From contig NIVC01003751.1 of assembly GCA_002269645.1 (NCBI GenBank), positions 14,929 through 78,928 on the forward strand: DNA of 64,000 bases. The letters run 5' to 3'. The translations under genes were made by a program, and so were the position numbers. The notes under the pieces are model-generated. The model had not been told where the DNA came from, did not search any database, and was given only the letters and a program-made list of their open reading frames with translations. This document shows, piece after piece, positions 1-12,469 of the stretch; position 1 is the first letter of the stretch, and every line of letters begins with the position of its first letter. Source of the stretch: Macrostomum lignano (lineage: Eukaryota).

Positions 1-122
1 CCATATTCCTCATCTATGGTCCCATATTCCTCATCTATGATCCCATATTCCTCATTAATTATCCCAATTTTCTCAGTTATAATTATGTGCTGGAGCCGAA
101 CCTCAAGCTCAAAAGGTCTCAC

Positions 123-303
123 CATGTAGAAGAGAATCTCGCTGGCCACCTCGCTGTACTTGAAGGCAAACTTAGAGCAGGCGCCCGGAGCTCCGGTGGG
201 CTGCCCAGGCGCCGTCAGCGAGGGCTTCAAGGCGGCGTCGCGCACGCAGTTGCTCATGGTGGACAGCACGGAGAACACTAGGCAGATGAACACTGATGCG
301 AAA
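123..303 (-). CDS. KCNQ: KCNQ potassium channel, internal exon (S1, S1-S2 loop, start of S2)
   Basis: Manual translation of the minus strand: (V)FASVFICLVFSVLSTMSNCVRDAALKPSLTAPGQPTGAPGACSKFAFKYSEVASEILFYM; cag acceptor at 304-306, gtgag donor from 122; the phase joins the exon at 912-1325. Confidence 0.88.
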
Positions 304-410
304 CTGCATTTGGGAAGGGGATTTAGCATTGTTGGCTCGGCGCTTTGCACGTGACACTGGCGGAAAGCTGCGCAACAAAGGCTTTTGTGAGAGGATGGTG
401 AACTGCTTAG

Positions 411-812
411 TAACAATGTCTCCATCTCTAGTAACTGCATGGTGACAATGTCTCCATCTCTAGTAACTGCATGGTGACAATGTCTCCATCTCTAGTAACT
501 GCATGGTGACAATGTCTCCATCTCTGGTAACTGCATGGTGACAATGTCTCCATCTCTGGTAACTGCATGGTGACAATGTCTCCATCTCTGGTAACTGCAT
601 GGTGACAATGTCTCCATCTCTGGTAACTGCATGGTGACAATGTCTCTATCTCTGGTAACTGCATGGTGACAATGTCTCTATCTCTGGTAACTGCATGGTG
701 CCAATGTCTCCATCTCTGGTAACTGCATGGTGACAATGTCTCTATCTCTGGTAACTGCATGGTGACAATGTCTCCATCTCTGGTAACTGCATGGTGCCAA
801 TGTCTCCGATCC
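411..812. repeat. 32-bp intronic minisatellite (TGCATGGTGACAATGTCTCCATCTCTGGTAAC), about 12 copies
   Basis: Period of 32 read directly; lies in the KCNQ intron 304-911. Confidence 0.95.
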
Positions 813-911
813 ATCTCTGGTACAATGCTACAATGACTAGTATTCTGCTCGAAGGTTCTGAACTCGAAAACGCATTGTAAGCAGGTATGTACAGCAGTTG
901 TACAGTCTTAC

Positions 912-1325
912 ACAATGACGTGGTAGGTGATCGATTGCCAAGTCTTAGGCCGCTCCAGAAAATTGTAGACCCTGGCCTGCAGCCTCCTGTACCTGGCATC
1001 CTGCCGGGCACTCTTCAAGTTGATCGGCTTGCCCAGCAGGGACATTCTGGGCTTGCTGTGCCGCAGACTGCCGCCCAGCTTCTTCAGTCCGATGGCCGGC
1101 TGCTCTGCTGAGTCTGTGGCGCTGCGCACGCAGTTCCCGTCATCTGCCGGCCATCTGTCAGGGCTGCCACCTTCTATGCTGCCCTCGCGGGGGTCCGCGG
1201 CAGTCCCGGTGACCTTCGACTGCTGCTCTGCCTGCCGATCTGCCTGCGGCTCGCTTGCGAACAGTTTCTGATTCTCCGGGTCTGAGGAGTTGCACGTGTT
1301 TGACAGGAGACTCAGTTTGCGCTCC
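912..1325 (-). CDS. KCNQ: KCNQ potassium channel, N-terminal cytoplasmic exon
   Basis: RMSLLGKPINLKSARQDARYRRLQARVYNFLERPKTWQSITYH matches the KCNQ-family pre-S1 signature (LLGKP...YRRLQ..VYNFLERP); gtaag donor from 911; frame open upstream to a cag acceptor at 1326-1328 (5' boundary less certain). Confidence 0.88.
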
Positions 1326-1354
1326 CTGACTACCCAGTACTCTCAGCAACTGTG

Positions 1355-1625
1355 GCCCAGCACTGTCAGCAACTATACCCAGCACTGTCAGCAAATGTGA
1401 CCCAGCACTGTCAGCAAATGTGACCCAGCATTGTCGGCAACTATACCCAGCAATGTCAGCAACTATATCCAGCATTATCAGAAACTATACCCTGCAGTGT
1501 CAGCAACTATACCCAGCAGTGTCAGCAACTATATCCAGCAGTGTCAGCAACTATACCCAGAATTGTCAGCAACTATACCCAGCATTGTCAGCAACTATAC
1601 CCAGCATTGTCAGCAACTGTGGCCT
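1355..1625. repeat. 22-bp minisatellite (CAGCACTGTCAGCAACTATACC), about 12 copies
   Basis: Direct tandem periodicity. Confidence 0.9.
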
Positions 1626-2849
1626 AGCATTGTAGCACTGTATAGGGGAAACCGCTGGCAAGGCAAAAGAAGCACATTTCAGAGGAAAGGAATTCCAGTT
1701 CAACAGCCTGGGGTGGCAATGCGATCAGGAAAAGCAGAAATGTTCCCCAGCATTTCGAGATCCCAGGCAGCTTCCTATAGGCATGCACTCTCCGACTCTC
1801 CTGCTGCGAGTCCGCTCGTAAGCCGGATTTTTTCATTTGCCTGCAAAACGTGCCCTTTGTGTGTCTTTCTCGAGTTCTTTCACTCGCTTTTTTCGCCTGA
1901 ATCTGGGGGCTGGACGTGGATTTCGAGAGGACGCACGCGGGGGGGAATTTTCCCGTGCGGAAGGGAAAATGAGGATGAAGATTTGAGGAGTCAGGGAATT
2001 GCTGGTAGCCTCGGCGCTGAGCAGATGATGGCCTGGGAAATGAAGGAAAAATCTGTCTCAAACCCAAGCCCATCGCCGCGGGCAACTCACGGGTTTGCAC
2101 TTTGCAATTTCAGAGCCAAATTAGCTGGCAAACTAAGGACGTGAAGGAGGGTTGCAGTGCTTTTATGGCTGGTACTTTATTAAGAAAACAGAACTCTACA
2201 GATCCTAGAGAACAAAATCGCAATCGCTCACTAATCACTCCTCATACCTATTTTTCCTTGGAAGAGTTTAAGTTTGCCTCACGGCCGCGAGCGAGGCCGG
2301 TCACGAACAAACGCGGCCCAGACGTCCCAGCCCAGAAGAGAATGCTGCTTTGTCTCCTTCAAAGGAAAGCCAGGATGGGTGCTGAGCTTGTGCTGCACTG
2401 CCACCCACATGTAGTATTAGTACCTTCCCGCCCTGGATGCAGACAAGCACCATGCCCAGCAACCCCAGGAGGCTCTCTCACTGGCGCTGGGGGGGGGGGA
2501 AGGACCCGATTCTCATTCGCCATCCCTGCCCCACTCAGAGCTCATGCTCATTCCAACTGCGGCTCAGACAATTATTGATTTTTGCATTTCAAGAAGGAAG
2601 AAATGGCTGCCGGCCGCGAGAGAGGCGCGGGCTCCAGAGACACCAATCCCAACCTCTCGACCTCGCGGCATTCAAAGTCGCAAATTGGGGCCTGGCCGGA
2701 GACAAATTCCTTTTGGTGGGAAAACGATTTCAGAATGTTTTGTCCGATTACATGTTGACTAGCGGCTGACCCAGGTCCCCAGAGGCAGTACTATTGGCAA
2801 ATGACTTCAGGCAACTTTTCAGAGTTAAACGGGAAATTAATCAAGAAAA

Positions 2850-5690
2850 AGTTCACTGGGAGACGCACTGGGAAACAAGACACTAATCATGACATAGTTC
2901 ACTCGGAAATGCACTGGCAAACGGGACACTAATCATGGCATAGTTCACTCGGAAATGCACTGGCAAACGGGACACTAATCATGCCATAGTTCACTCGGAA
3001 ATGCACTGGGAAACAAGACACTAATCATGGCATAGTTCACTCGGAGATGCACTGGGGAACGGGCCACTAATCATGGCATAGTTCACTCGGAGATGCACTG
3101 GGGAACAAGACACTAATCATGACATAGTTCACTCGGAGATGCACTGGGGAACGGGACACTAATCATGGCATAGTTCACTCGGAGATGCACTGGGGAACAA
3201 GACACTAATCATGACATAGTTCACTCGGAGATGCACTTGGGAACGGGACACTAATCATGGCATAGTTCACTCGGAGATGCACTGGGGAACAAGACACTAA
3301 TCATGACATAGTTCACTCGGAGATGCACTGGGGAACGGGACACTAATCATGGCATAGTTCACTCGGAGATGCACTGGGGAACAAGACACTAATCATGACA
3401 TAGTTCACTCGGAGATGCACTGGGGAACGGGCCACTAATCATGACATAGTTCACTCGGAGATGCACTGGGGAACGGGACACTAATCATGGCATAGTTCAC
3501 TCGGAGATGCACTGGCAAACGGGACACTCATCATGACATAGTTCATTCGGAAATGCACTGGCAAACGGGACACTCATCATGACATAGTTCACTCGGAGAT
3601 GCACTGGGAAACGGGACACTAATCATGGCATAGTTCACTCGGAGATGCACTGGCAAACGGGACACTCATCATGACATAGTTCATTCGGAAATGCACTGGC
3701 AAACGGGACACTAATCATGGCATAGTTCACTCGGAGATGCACTGGGAAACAAGACACTAATCATGACATAGTTCACTCGGAGATGCACTGGCAAACAGGA
3801 CACTAATCATGACATAGTTCACTCGGAGATGCACTGGCAAACGGGACACTAATCATGGCATAGTTCACTCGGAGATGCACTGGGGAACAAGACACTAATC
3901 ATGACATAGTTCACTCGGAGATGCACTGGGGAACAAGACACTAATCATGACATAGTTCACTCGGAGATGCACTGGCAAACGGGACACTAATCATGGCATA
4001 GTTCACTCGGAGATGCACTGGGGAACGGGACACTAATCATGGCATAGTTCACTCGGAGATGCACTGGGGAACAAGACACTAATCATGACATAGTTCACTC
4101 GGAGATGCACTGGCAAACGGGACACTCATCATGACATAGTTCACTCGGAGATGCACTGGGGAACGGGCCACTAATCATGACATAGTTCACTCGGAGATGC
4201 ACTGGGGAACAAGACACTAATCATGACATAGTTCACTCGGAGATGCACTGGCAAACGGGACACTCATCATGACATAGTTCACTCGGAGATGCACTGGCAA
4301 ACGGGACACTAATCATGGCATAGTTCACTCGGAGATGCACTGGGGAACGGGACACTAATCATGGCATAGTTCACTCGGAGATGCACTGGCAAACGGGACA
4401 CTAATCATGGCATAGTTCACTCGGAGATGCACTGGGGAACAAGACACTAATCATGACATAGTTCACTCGGAGATGCACTGGCAAACGGGACACTCATCAT
4501 GACATAGTTCACTCGGAGATGCACTGGGGAACGGGCCACTAATCATGGCATAGTTCACTCGGAAATGCACTGGGGAACAAGACACTAATCATGGCATAGT
4601 TCACTCGGAGATGCACTGGGAAACAAGACACTAATCATGACATAGTTCACTCGGAGATGCACTGGCAAACGGGACACTCATCATGACATTGTTCACTCGG
4701 AAATGCACTGGGGAACAAGACACTAATCATGGCATAGTTCACTCGGAGATGCACTGGGGAACAAGACACTAATCATGACATAGTTCACTCGGAGATGCAC
4801 TGGCAAACGGGACACTCATCATGACATTGTTCACTCGGAAATGCACTGGGGAACAAGACACTAATCATGGCATAGTTCACTCGGAGATGCACTGGGGAAC
4901 GGGACACTAATCATGGCATAGTTCACTCGGAGATGCACTGGGGAACGGGCCACTAATCATGACATTGTTCACTCGGAGATGCACTGGGGAACAAGACACT
5001 AATCATGACATAGTTCACTCGGAGATGCACTGGCAAACGGGACACTAATCATGACATAGTTCACTCGGAGATGCACTGGCAAACGGGACACTCATCATGA
5101 CATAGTTCACTCGGAGATGCACTGGCAAACGGGACACTCATCATGACATAGTTCACTCGGAGATGCACTGGCAAACGGGACACTCATCATGACATAGTTC
5201 ACTCGGAGATGCACTGGCAAACGGGACACTCATCATGACATAGTTCACTCGGAGATGCACTGGCAAACGGGACACTCATCATGACATAGTTCACTCGGAG
5301 ATGCACTGGCAAACGGGACACTCATCATGACATAGTTCACTCGGAGATGCACTGGCAAACGGGACACTCATCATGACATAGTTCACTCGGAGATGCACTG
5401 GCAAACGGGACACTCATCATGACATAGTTCACTCGGAGATGCACTGGCAAACGGGACACTAATCATGCCATAGTTCACTCGGAGATGCACTGGCAAACGG
5501 GACACTAATCATGGCATAGTTCACTCGGAAATGCACTGGGAAACGGGATACTAATCATGGCATAGTTCACTCGGAGATGCACTGGCAAACGGGACACTCA
5601 TCATGACATAGTTCACTCGGAGATGCACTGGCAAACGGGACACTAATCATGCCATAGTTCACTCGGAGATGCACTGGGGAACGGGCTAGT
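2850..5690. repeat. 46-bp minisatellite (GTTCACTCGGAGATGCACTGGCAAACGGGACACTAATCATGGCATA), about 60 copies
   Basis: Period 46 (e.g. 2943 to 2989); head-to-tail with few variant positions. Confidence 0.97.
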
Positions 5691-6550
5691 ATTAGTATAC
5701 AATCTGTTCGAGTAAATAACTAAAGGCTAAACTCACTGGATGAAAAAGTACTCAATAAGGTATTTTAAGGATTATATTTTGCATCACTAAGCGCCTTTTT
5801 ATCCCAATTTTCAATCGAGAATTTTCTCATTCTTTTATTTCCCACCGGTCTCGTTGAGCTGAGAGTGGCAATCAGGGCCCAGTCTAAGCTGATGCGGGCC
5901 CTCAGGTCCTCAGCTTGAAGCTGCGTCCCTCCTGATGAGCTCGGAGGTCGCGGGCTTGCGGCTGCTGCAGCCACTTAATCATATCTCGGTCACACACCCT
6001 CCCGGCGAAGACCCGGCCGTACTCCCGGTAATCAATGCCCGCAGGCAGGCAATCTCTGAGCTGATGGCTGAGGGTTATATTCTACTCTCATTGATTGCCC
6101 AGTCTCTCTCCCCTCTCTCTCCTATCTGTGCATTCTGGCGTACCCAGCTGCACAAGCTGGACTTTCACGGAATATGAAGTTTCTCTGGATGTGGCCAATT
6201 ATTTGCAATCAATTGATTCGTTATCCAACTATTAGCTTTATCAAGTACACTATGCGCTTCACAGCGTTCCGATTGGTGGCCTCAGGAATTTGTTGCAGTA
6301 AAAAATAATCTCAAATGTACCGGATGTCAAACTGGCGGCGCAGTAACAGAAACGCTGAGCAGCTCAAGAGACTACTCTAGCAGAAAGAAGCGGCAATTAA
6401 AAATAGTGCGAGTTTCGATCTCATATGCATTGACCAAGACAGGGTCTCTTGCACTAAACTGAAAATCTGTACCACCTTCGGCACTTCCGGATTCCAAACT
6501 ATGTACTGGTACCTCTTCCGAGCTGGTTTCACAATTTTTATCAATCTAAG

Positions 6551-6660
6551 CAGGGGTCGGCAAACTGCGGCCCGCGGGCCAGATCCGGCCCGCGTCATCT
6601 TCAAGTCCGGCCCGCAGCACTCTTTCTATCTAACAATGTAAAAGTGGCCCGCGAACCAAT
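6551..6660 (+). mobile_element. Terminal fragment of a hAT-type MITE (CAGGGGTCGGCAAAC...GGCCCGC motifs)
   Basis: Starts CAGGGGTCGGCAAACTGCGGCCCGCGGGCC with repeated GGCCCGC subterminal motifs; a similar opposite-orientation end (AAGTTTGCTGACCCCTG) lies at 47927-47943. Partner TIR not found nearby. Confidence 0.5.
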
Positions 6661-7384
6661 TTTGTGTTGAAACATTCAACTTTTCAAGCAAAATTAGCTT
6701 TCACCTCGGCATTCCTATCACAATACTGTGTCAATTTCAATTGTGGTGTTGTTGGTTGTATTTGGTCTATCATATAAAATTGTCGGCTATTCTTTAGTAG
6801 AATCGTTTGTTAAATTAATTTTTGTTTGAATTCGATTTCTTTCTATTTTTAGAGTCCAAAAATATGAAACAAGTGAACAATCTAACAGTTTACAATTAAA
6901 TGTACTGGCAGCTAAATTGTTTGTTATAGTCAATTGCCGCATTACGACACGAGGGTACTACTACTTTAACGTTGGGTAATAGGGGTAATAGTGTCACTGG
7001 GTAATTTTATCCAGGACACATCTTTCCACAATTTTTGAATTTGTGCGTTGATGTCAGGAATTCTTGTTAATAGTATCAGTTTTGCGCGCACAAAGCATTA
7101 ATATGTCTATGGTCAAAAGTCTGTGACAGTGCGGAGCTGGGGGACTTTTAAAAGGAGATGCATTTGAGATAGAAAAATTAGCTGCCGAGCTGCCAATACT
7201 GGGATTCAAGTCAAGCCACTGCTTACTTTTCTGATTTTGGACTACTACTCTCTGGATTAGAATCTCAAGATTCTAATGTCTTGGTGAGTGGTAACGGAGA
7301 AAATGGTCAGTCATAGCTCGCATATAGTTATAGGTTTAAGTGCTGATGCAGAAAGTCTACTGAGAAATTCATGCCTTTGCATGA

Positions 7385-7697
7385 TTTTGAATAATGCTAA
7401 CTGATTACACCTGCCCTAATGAGCAGATGTGCAACCGACAGCTCAGCCGCAGCCATTGCGCGGCGCATATGAAGGCTGCGTACGGCTGTTCAGTCCAAGA
7501 ACTGGGGGGGGGGGGGGGTCGCCACACACCCTCAATTACCCCAGCTAATGCTGGCACCCATTTTACACCTGGGTGAACTGAAGCAATGCAGAGTTAAGTG
7601 TCTTGCTCAAGGACACAAATTGGTCCGAGTGGGTCGAGAATCGAACCCCCGACCTTTCAACAGTGAGTCCGACGCCCTAACCACTAGACTACAACCC
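7385..7697 (-). mobile_element. tRNA-derived SINE with CORE-like domain
   Basis: Minus strand: tRNA-like head with A/B boxes (TAGTCTAGTGG...GGTTCGATTCT), then GTGTCCTTGAGCAAGACACTTAAC...TCAGTTCACCCAGGTGTAAAATGGG resembling the MIR/CORE block; second copy at 13762-14312. Confidence 0.85.
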
Positions 7698-8560
7698 CCT
7701 TTGATTTTGAAGTGCGGAGTGAGAATTAGTCAGCTCATTTTATCTTTGACGCAAATCGCGTAGAGAAGCGCCTTAGACTCACCTTGCCCCTGAGCCGAGT
7801 ATAGTCAGCAGTTTGCAAATGCCTCAGTGCCAGTTAAGTCTGTGAGCTGCTACTCAAGTTCCCAGCCTGTGCGGCCAGAGATGCCTCTCCTACTAAGCAC
7901 GGAGTGGATCAATACTTGTCAAAACAAGCCTTTTATGCAGACAAAAGTTTTGGGGTTGGCTGCTGCAGTAAGGAAGGGAGGCAACCGCTGTCTACCCACG
8001 CAACAGGCCCCGCTGCACTGCCTGGTTAAACTCACTGCATCCCTGCATTGTGCTCATCTTCATCAATAATAGACTGCGCGGCGGCTGAGAGACAATGGGA
8101 CAGTGAGGAATTTTTTAGCAGAAAGTGGAGACGATTGGAGCTGACGCATGCTGCAGTTCTCCTGTGTGCAGCCGTGGTCTGCATGGGTCAGTGCCAGGTA
8201 TTGCTACCGTCAGCCGGAACGAAGAAATGCTTAAGAAGTTTTTTGGATAGCTGCCCATTGTTAAGGCTTGATGAGTAGCAGCCAAAAATGCTCATTTTTA
8301 AGGCCTAGTTGACTGTCTACTTTGACTAATTTGCAATTGCAACTATACGTGAATGCTCTATACGAGTGCCGGCACTGGGAAGTTAATCTAATTTTCTATG
8401 AAACTGTCATTTTTCTTTTGATTCTACGGGAGCACTTTTCCAGAATTTGCTGTAGCTTATGATTCTCGAACTGCCCCCTGAATTGGAAGCAACACACTTT
8501 TGAGAAGTTCTTGCTGGACTTACTTTTGAAATACTAGAAGGTCAGAAAAATAATAATGAC

Positions 8561-9426
8561 ATTTCTAGATCTGAGGTGTGACATCCTAGATCTGAGGTGT
8601 GACATTCTAGATCTGAGGTTTGACATTCTAGATCTGAGGTGTGACATTCTAGATCTGAGGTGTGACATTCTAGATCTGAGGTGTGACATTCTAGATCTGA
8701 GGTCTGACATTCTAGATCTGAGGTTTGACATTCTAGATCTGAGGTGTGATATCCTAGATATGAGGTGTGATATCCTAGATCTGAGGTGTAAAATCCTAGA
8801 TCTGAGGTGTGATATCCTAGATCTGAGGTGTAACATCCTAGATCTAAAGTGTGATATCCTAGATGTGTGATCTGATATCCTAGATGTGAGGTGTGGCATC
8901 CTAGATGTGAGGTGTGGCATCCTAGATCTGAGGTGTGGCATCCTAGATCTGAGGTGTGATATCCTAGATGTGTGATCTGATATCCTAGATGTGAGGTGTG
9001 GCATCCTAGATGTGAGATGTGGCATCCTAGATCTGAGGTGTGATATCCTAGATGTGTGATCTGATATCCTAGATCTGAGGTGTGATATCCTAGATCTGAG
9101 GTGTGATATCCTAGATATGAGGTGTGATATCCTAGATATAGGTGTGATATCCTAGATATGAGGTGTGATATCCTAGATATAGGTGTGATATCCTAGATCT
9201 GAGGTGTGATATCCTAGATATGAGGTGTGATATCCTAGATGTGTGATCTGATATCCTAGATGTGAGGTGTGGCATCCTAAATCTGAGGTGTGGCATCCTA
9301 GATCTGAGGTGTGATAACCTAGATCTGAGGTGTGATATCCTAGATGTGTGATCTGATATCCTAGATGTGTGATCTGATATCCTAGATGTGAGGTGTGGCA
9401 TCCTAGATCTGAGGTGTGGCATCCTA
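8561..9426. repeat. 21-bp minisatellite (CTAGATCTGAGGTGTGAYATC), about 41 copies
   Basis: Direct periodicity; source of the spurious LDLRCDI and RSRMSHL ORFs. Confidence 0.96.
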
Positions 9427-9573
9427 TATGTCTAATTATATCCTAGATGACTTTATCTAACATCACTGGGCCTACTTTTAAGATTATAATCAATGAATGC
9501 CCTTGCCCTCTATTAGGCATGCGTTGCTCTCAGACGCACGATAAAACAATGAGAAAATTCTCATGGCCTCACC

Positions 9574-10029
9574 CGACATGCCGGTGGCGAACCCGACCCT
9601 CCTGAGCCGATCCAAAACGGCCTGAGAGTCCAGCGGCAAAAGCGACGCTGGCGAGGGCGGCTCGTCAGTGGTTGACTGGGTCAACGCCTCGGACGAAGGC
9701 GACAGCGGCACGCGAGCATCGGGGGCGGCGTCGAGCCCTGAGGCCGCTGCGTGCTCTTTGCGACTGCCGCTGCTGGATTCGCAGCTGCCAGGTTCCAGCA
9801 GGGCCGCGGAGGATCGAGTGGCGAATATCTCTGCTCCCGGATGCCCCGGCCCAGGGCCCAGCCTCCCCGCCACTGGCTCTGCCACATCGCTGCTGCCGGC
9901 CGGCTTCATTGGCTGGCGCCTCGGCAGGCGCTGCCTGTCCTGCCTCCCCTGTCCAAGTGTCCGGGCGGCGGACATGCCGTCTAGCCGAGAGGGGGGTCGA
10001 GGTCCGTCTGTTAACGAACTGCGCCTCAC
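9574..10029 (-). CDS. Candidate GC-rich low-complexity exon (possibly an upstream KCNQ exon or another gene)
   Basis: GC-rich open frame rich in S/P/A ending near a gtgag donor-like site; no recognisable domain. Confidence 0.25.
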
Positions 10030-10213
10030 CTGGAATGCTCGATGCCTGGGTCTTTCTCGTTGGCTTCCGTTTCAGACTCAGGTGTTCAGAAGCTGCTTCT
10101 TAAAGCTGCACGATTGAAATGCTGCAGAGACACGGCGGCACTGCGGGAATGCACAAATCGAGCGGATCTACAGTAATTGACTGTCGCGAATCGACTGCCA
10201 GCCATTTGACTGC

Positions 10214-11005
10214 CGACCCTAAAACCTTACCCCTACCCTGACCCTAAACCCTTACCCCTACCCTGACCCTAAACCCTTACCCCTACCCTGACCCTAAACC
10301 CTTACCCCTACCCTGACCCTAAACCCTTACCCCTACCCTGACCCTAAACCCTTACCCCTACCCTGACCCTAAACCCTTACCCCTACCCTGACCCTAAACC
10401 CTTACCCCTACCCTGACCCTAAACCCTTACCCCTACCCTGACCCTAAACCCTTACCCCTACCCTGACCCTAAACCCTTACCCCTACCCTGACCCTAAACC
10501 CTTACCCCTACCCTGACCCTAAACCCTTACCCCTACCCTGACCCTAAAACCTTACCCCTACCCTGACCCTAAACCCTTACCCCTACCCTGACCCTAAACC
10601 CTTACCCCTACCCTGACCCTAAACCCTTACCCCTACCCTGACCCTAAACCCTTACCCCTACCCTGACCCTAAACCCTTACCCCTACCCTGACCCTAAACC
10701 CTTACCCCTACCCTGACCCTAAACCCTTACCCCTACCCTGACCCTAAAACCTTACCCCTACCCTGACCCTAAACCCTTACCCCTACCCTGACCCTAAACC
10801 CTTACCCCTACCCTGACCCTAAACCCTTACCCCTACCCTGACCCTAAACCCTTACCCCTACCCTGACCCTAAACCCTTACCCCTACCCTGACCCTAAACC
10901 CTTACCCCTACCCTGACCCTAAACCCTTACCCCTACCCTGACCCTAAACCCTTACCCCTACCCTGACCCTAAACCCTTACCCCTACCCTGACCCTAAACC
11001 CTTAA
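10214..11005. repeat. 25-bp telomere-like minisatellite (CCCTAAACCCTTACCCCTACCCTGA), about 31 copies
   Basis: Near-perfect period 25; the G-strand is TCAGGG-TAGGGG-TAAGGG-TTTAGGG. Confidence 0.97.
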
Positions 11006-11429
11006 CCGAACCCTGATCCTAACCTAAACCCTACCCCCTAAACCCATATACACGAACCCCGAGCCAATGAGGGCCAAGCTCCCATAGCACAGAGAGTGTA
11101 CATGCCTGACGATGAGAACGCCAGGGTCGCTGTACACCCTGTGTGAGCGCGTGCCTGTATGCGATCTCAGGCTTCAGCAAAATGGCCAATCGAGCATGAA
11201 TGCTTGCCTCCCACTGCACTGTCGCTTTGATTCGCTGAATGAAAGGAAGTTGGACTCTAACACTTAAGGAGTGAGTGCTTTATTGCAACAGCCCAAGGGT
11301 GTGCAAAGAATCTAGTCTGGGCTTCTGCGATTTAAACGTTGTCTGCTAGCTAGTGTTAGAAGCGTCGTTTAGTGTCAGAAGCGCAAAAAACTGCTTTGGG
11401 TTCAGTTTGATTGTCACTTAGTGTCTTGG

Positions 11430-11870
11430 CACACCGTAATCCTGCAGCATGGTGGTTTACGCGAGCCGAACCCTCAGCGACATGGAGCGGCCATTCAGCC
11501 AGATCGAGCGCGAGGCCCTGTGCGTCAAATTTCGGGTGCCTGAAGTTCACGTTCTATTCGATGTCTACACGATGGCTGCACTACCGCAAGGGCGAGGACA
11601 ATCCGGCGTATCTCTTCAGTTGCAACCCGCTGCCCGTCAAAGACAAGGCCGCAGAGGCCCGACTATTCAACGCTGTTGTCCGGGCAGCCACGCCGAAGGG
11701 CCTGACAGTCGACAAGATCCGGGCTGCGACCGAGTCGGGTCCGACCCTGACGGTCGTCATGCAAGCGCTGGCAACCGGAAACTGGAGTTGTGGTGCGACA
11801 GCGCCAGCGCGCAGCTTCCGGTTCTTGAAAGACGAACTCGGCGCCCACGCTGGTTCTTTATCTAGCGACT
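11430..11870 (+). pseudogene. Degenerate Ty3/Gypsy pol fragment (RNase H C-terminus and linker)
   Basis: Frame-broken motifs FSQIEREALCVKF, HYRKGEDNPA, IRAAT..PTL..VMQAL.TGNW typical of Gypsy RNaseH and post-RNaseH regions. Confidence 0.75.
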
Positions 11871-11924
11871 AAAGCAGATGTTAGCAATTGGCTACTTGTA
11901 GTAGCATGTACTGTCTGTCTATCT

Positions 11925-12230
11925 ATTTCTGTGCCTGTCTGTCCGTATCAGTCATTTATCCATCGCTGTCTGTCTATTTGTCTGCCTGTCCGTATGGTTG
12001 TGTCTATTGCACCTGTTTGTGTCTGTTTGTCTGCCTGTCCGTATGGTTGTGTCTATTGCACCTGTTTGTGTCTATTTGTCTGCCTGTCCGTATGGTTGTG
12101 TCTATTTCACCCGTTTGTGTCTGTTTGTCTGCCTGTCCGTATGGTTGTGTCTATTGCACCTGTTTGTGTCTGTTTGTCTGCCTGTCCGTATGGTTGTGTC
12201 TATTGCACCTGTTTGGGTCTGGTTGTCCGT
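11925..12230. repeat. 49-bp minisatellite, about 5-6 copies
   Basis: GTCTGTTTGTCTGCCTGTCCGTATGGTTGTGTCTATTGCACCTGTTTGT, period 49. Confidence 0.9.
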
Positions 12231-12469
12231 CTGTCTCAAAGAAACCGGAAGCCGGACCAACTGAATCCAGACCTGAATCAGATCGAATTTAGATATTTTC
12301 TAGCCTTACGCTAGAACAGTTCATTGGTAATATCCTGTACCACTAAATCTCTATATGGGAGTTGTATGATTGGTTTCACCTATATCACCTGTAGCAGAAC
12401 TTTCAGAGCCTGCGTGCTATTTAATATTCAGCATCGGTAGCTTGGTGAGACGGGCATGGTAGCTATGGG

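Noticed and set aside
1431-2578. ORFs 1431-2144 and 2102-2578
   Set aside because: The first starts within a minisatellite; neither shows a motif or splice support.
2850-5690. CRISPR-like appearance of the 46-bp, 41-bp, 34-bp and 61-bp arrays
   Set aside because: Units are head-to-tail with no unique spacers, there are no cas genes, and the context is eukaryotic.
7620-7697. tRNA gene
   Set aside because: It is the SINE head with no complete cloverleaf; likewise 25680-25701 is only a PBS and 33960-34040 a decayed SINE head.
8534-9422. LRR-like LDLRCDI and RSRMSHL ORFs
   Set aside because: Translation of a 21-bp DNA repeat; variation shows no codon-position bias.
10214-11005. True chromosome end
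   Set aside because: Flanked by unique DNA on both sides and not a simple TTAGGG run.
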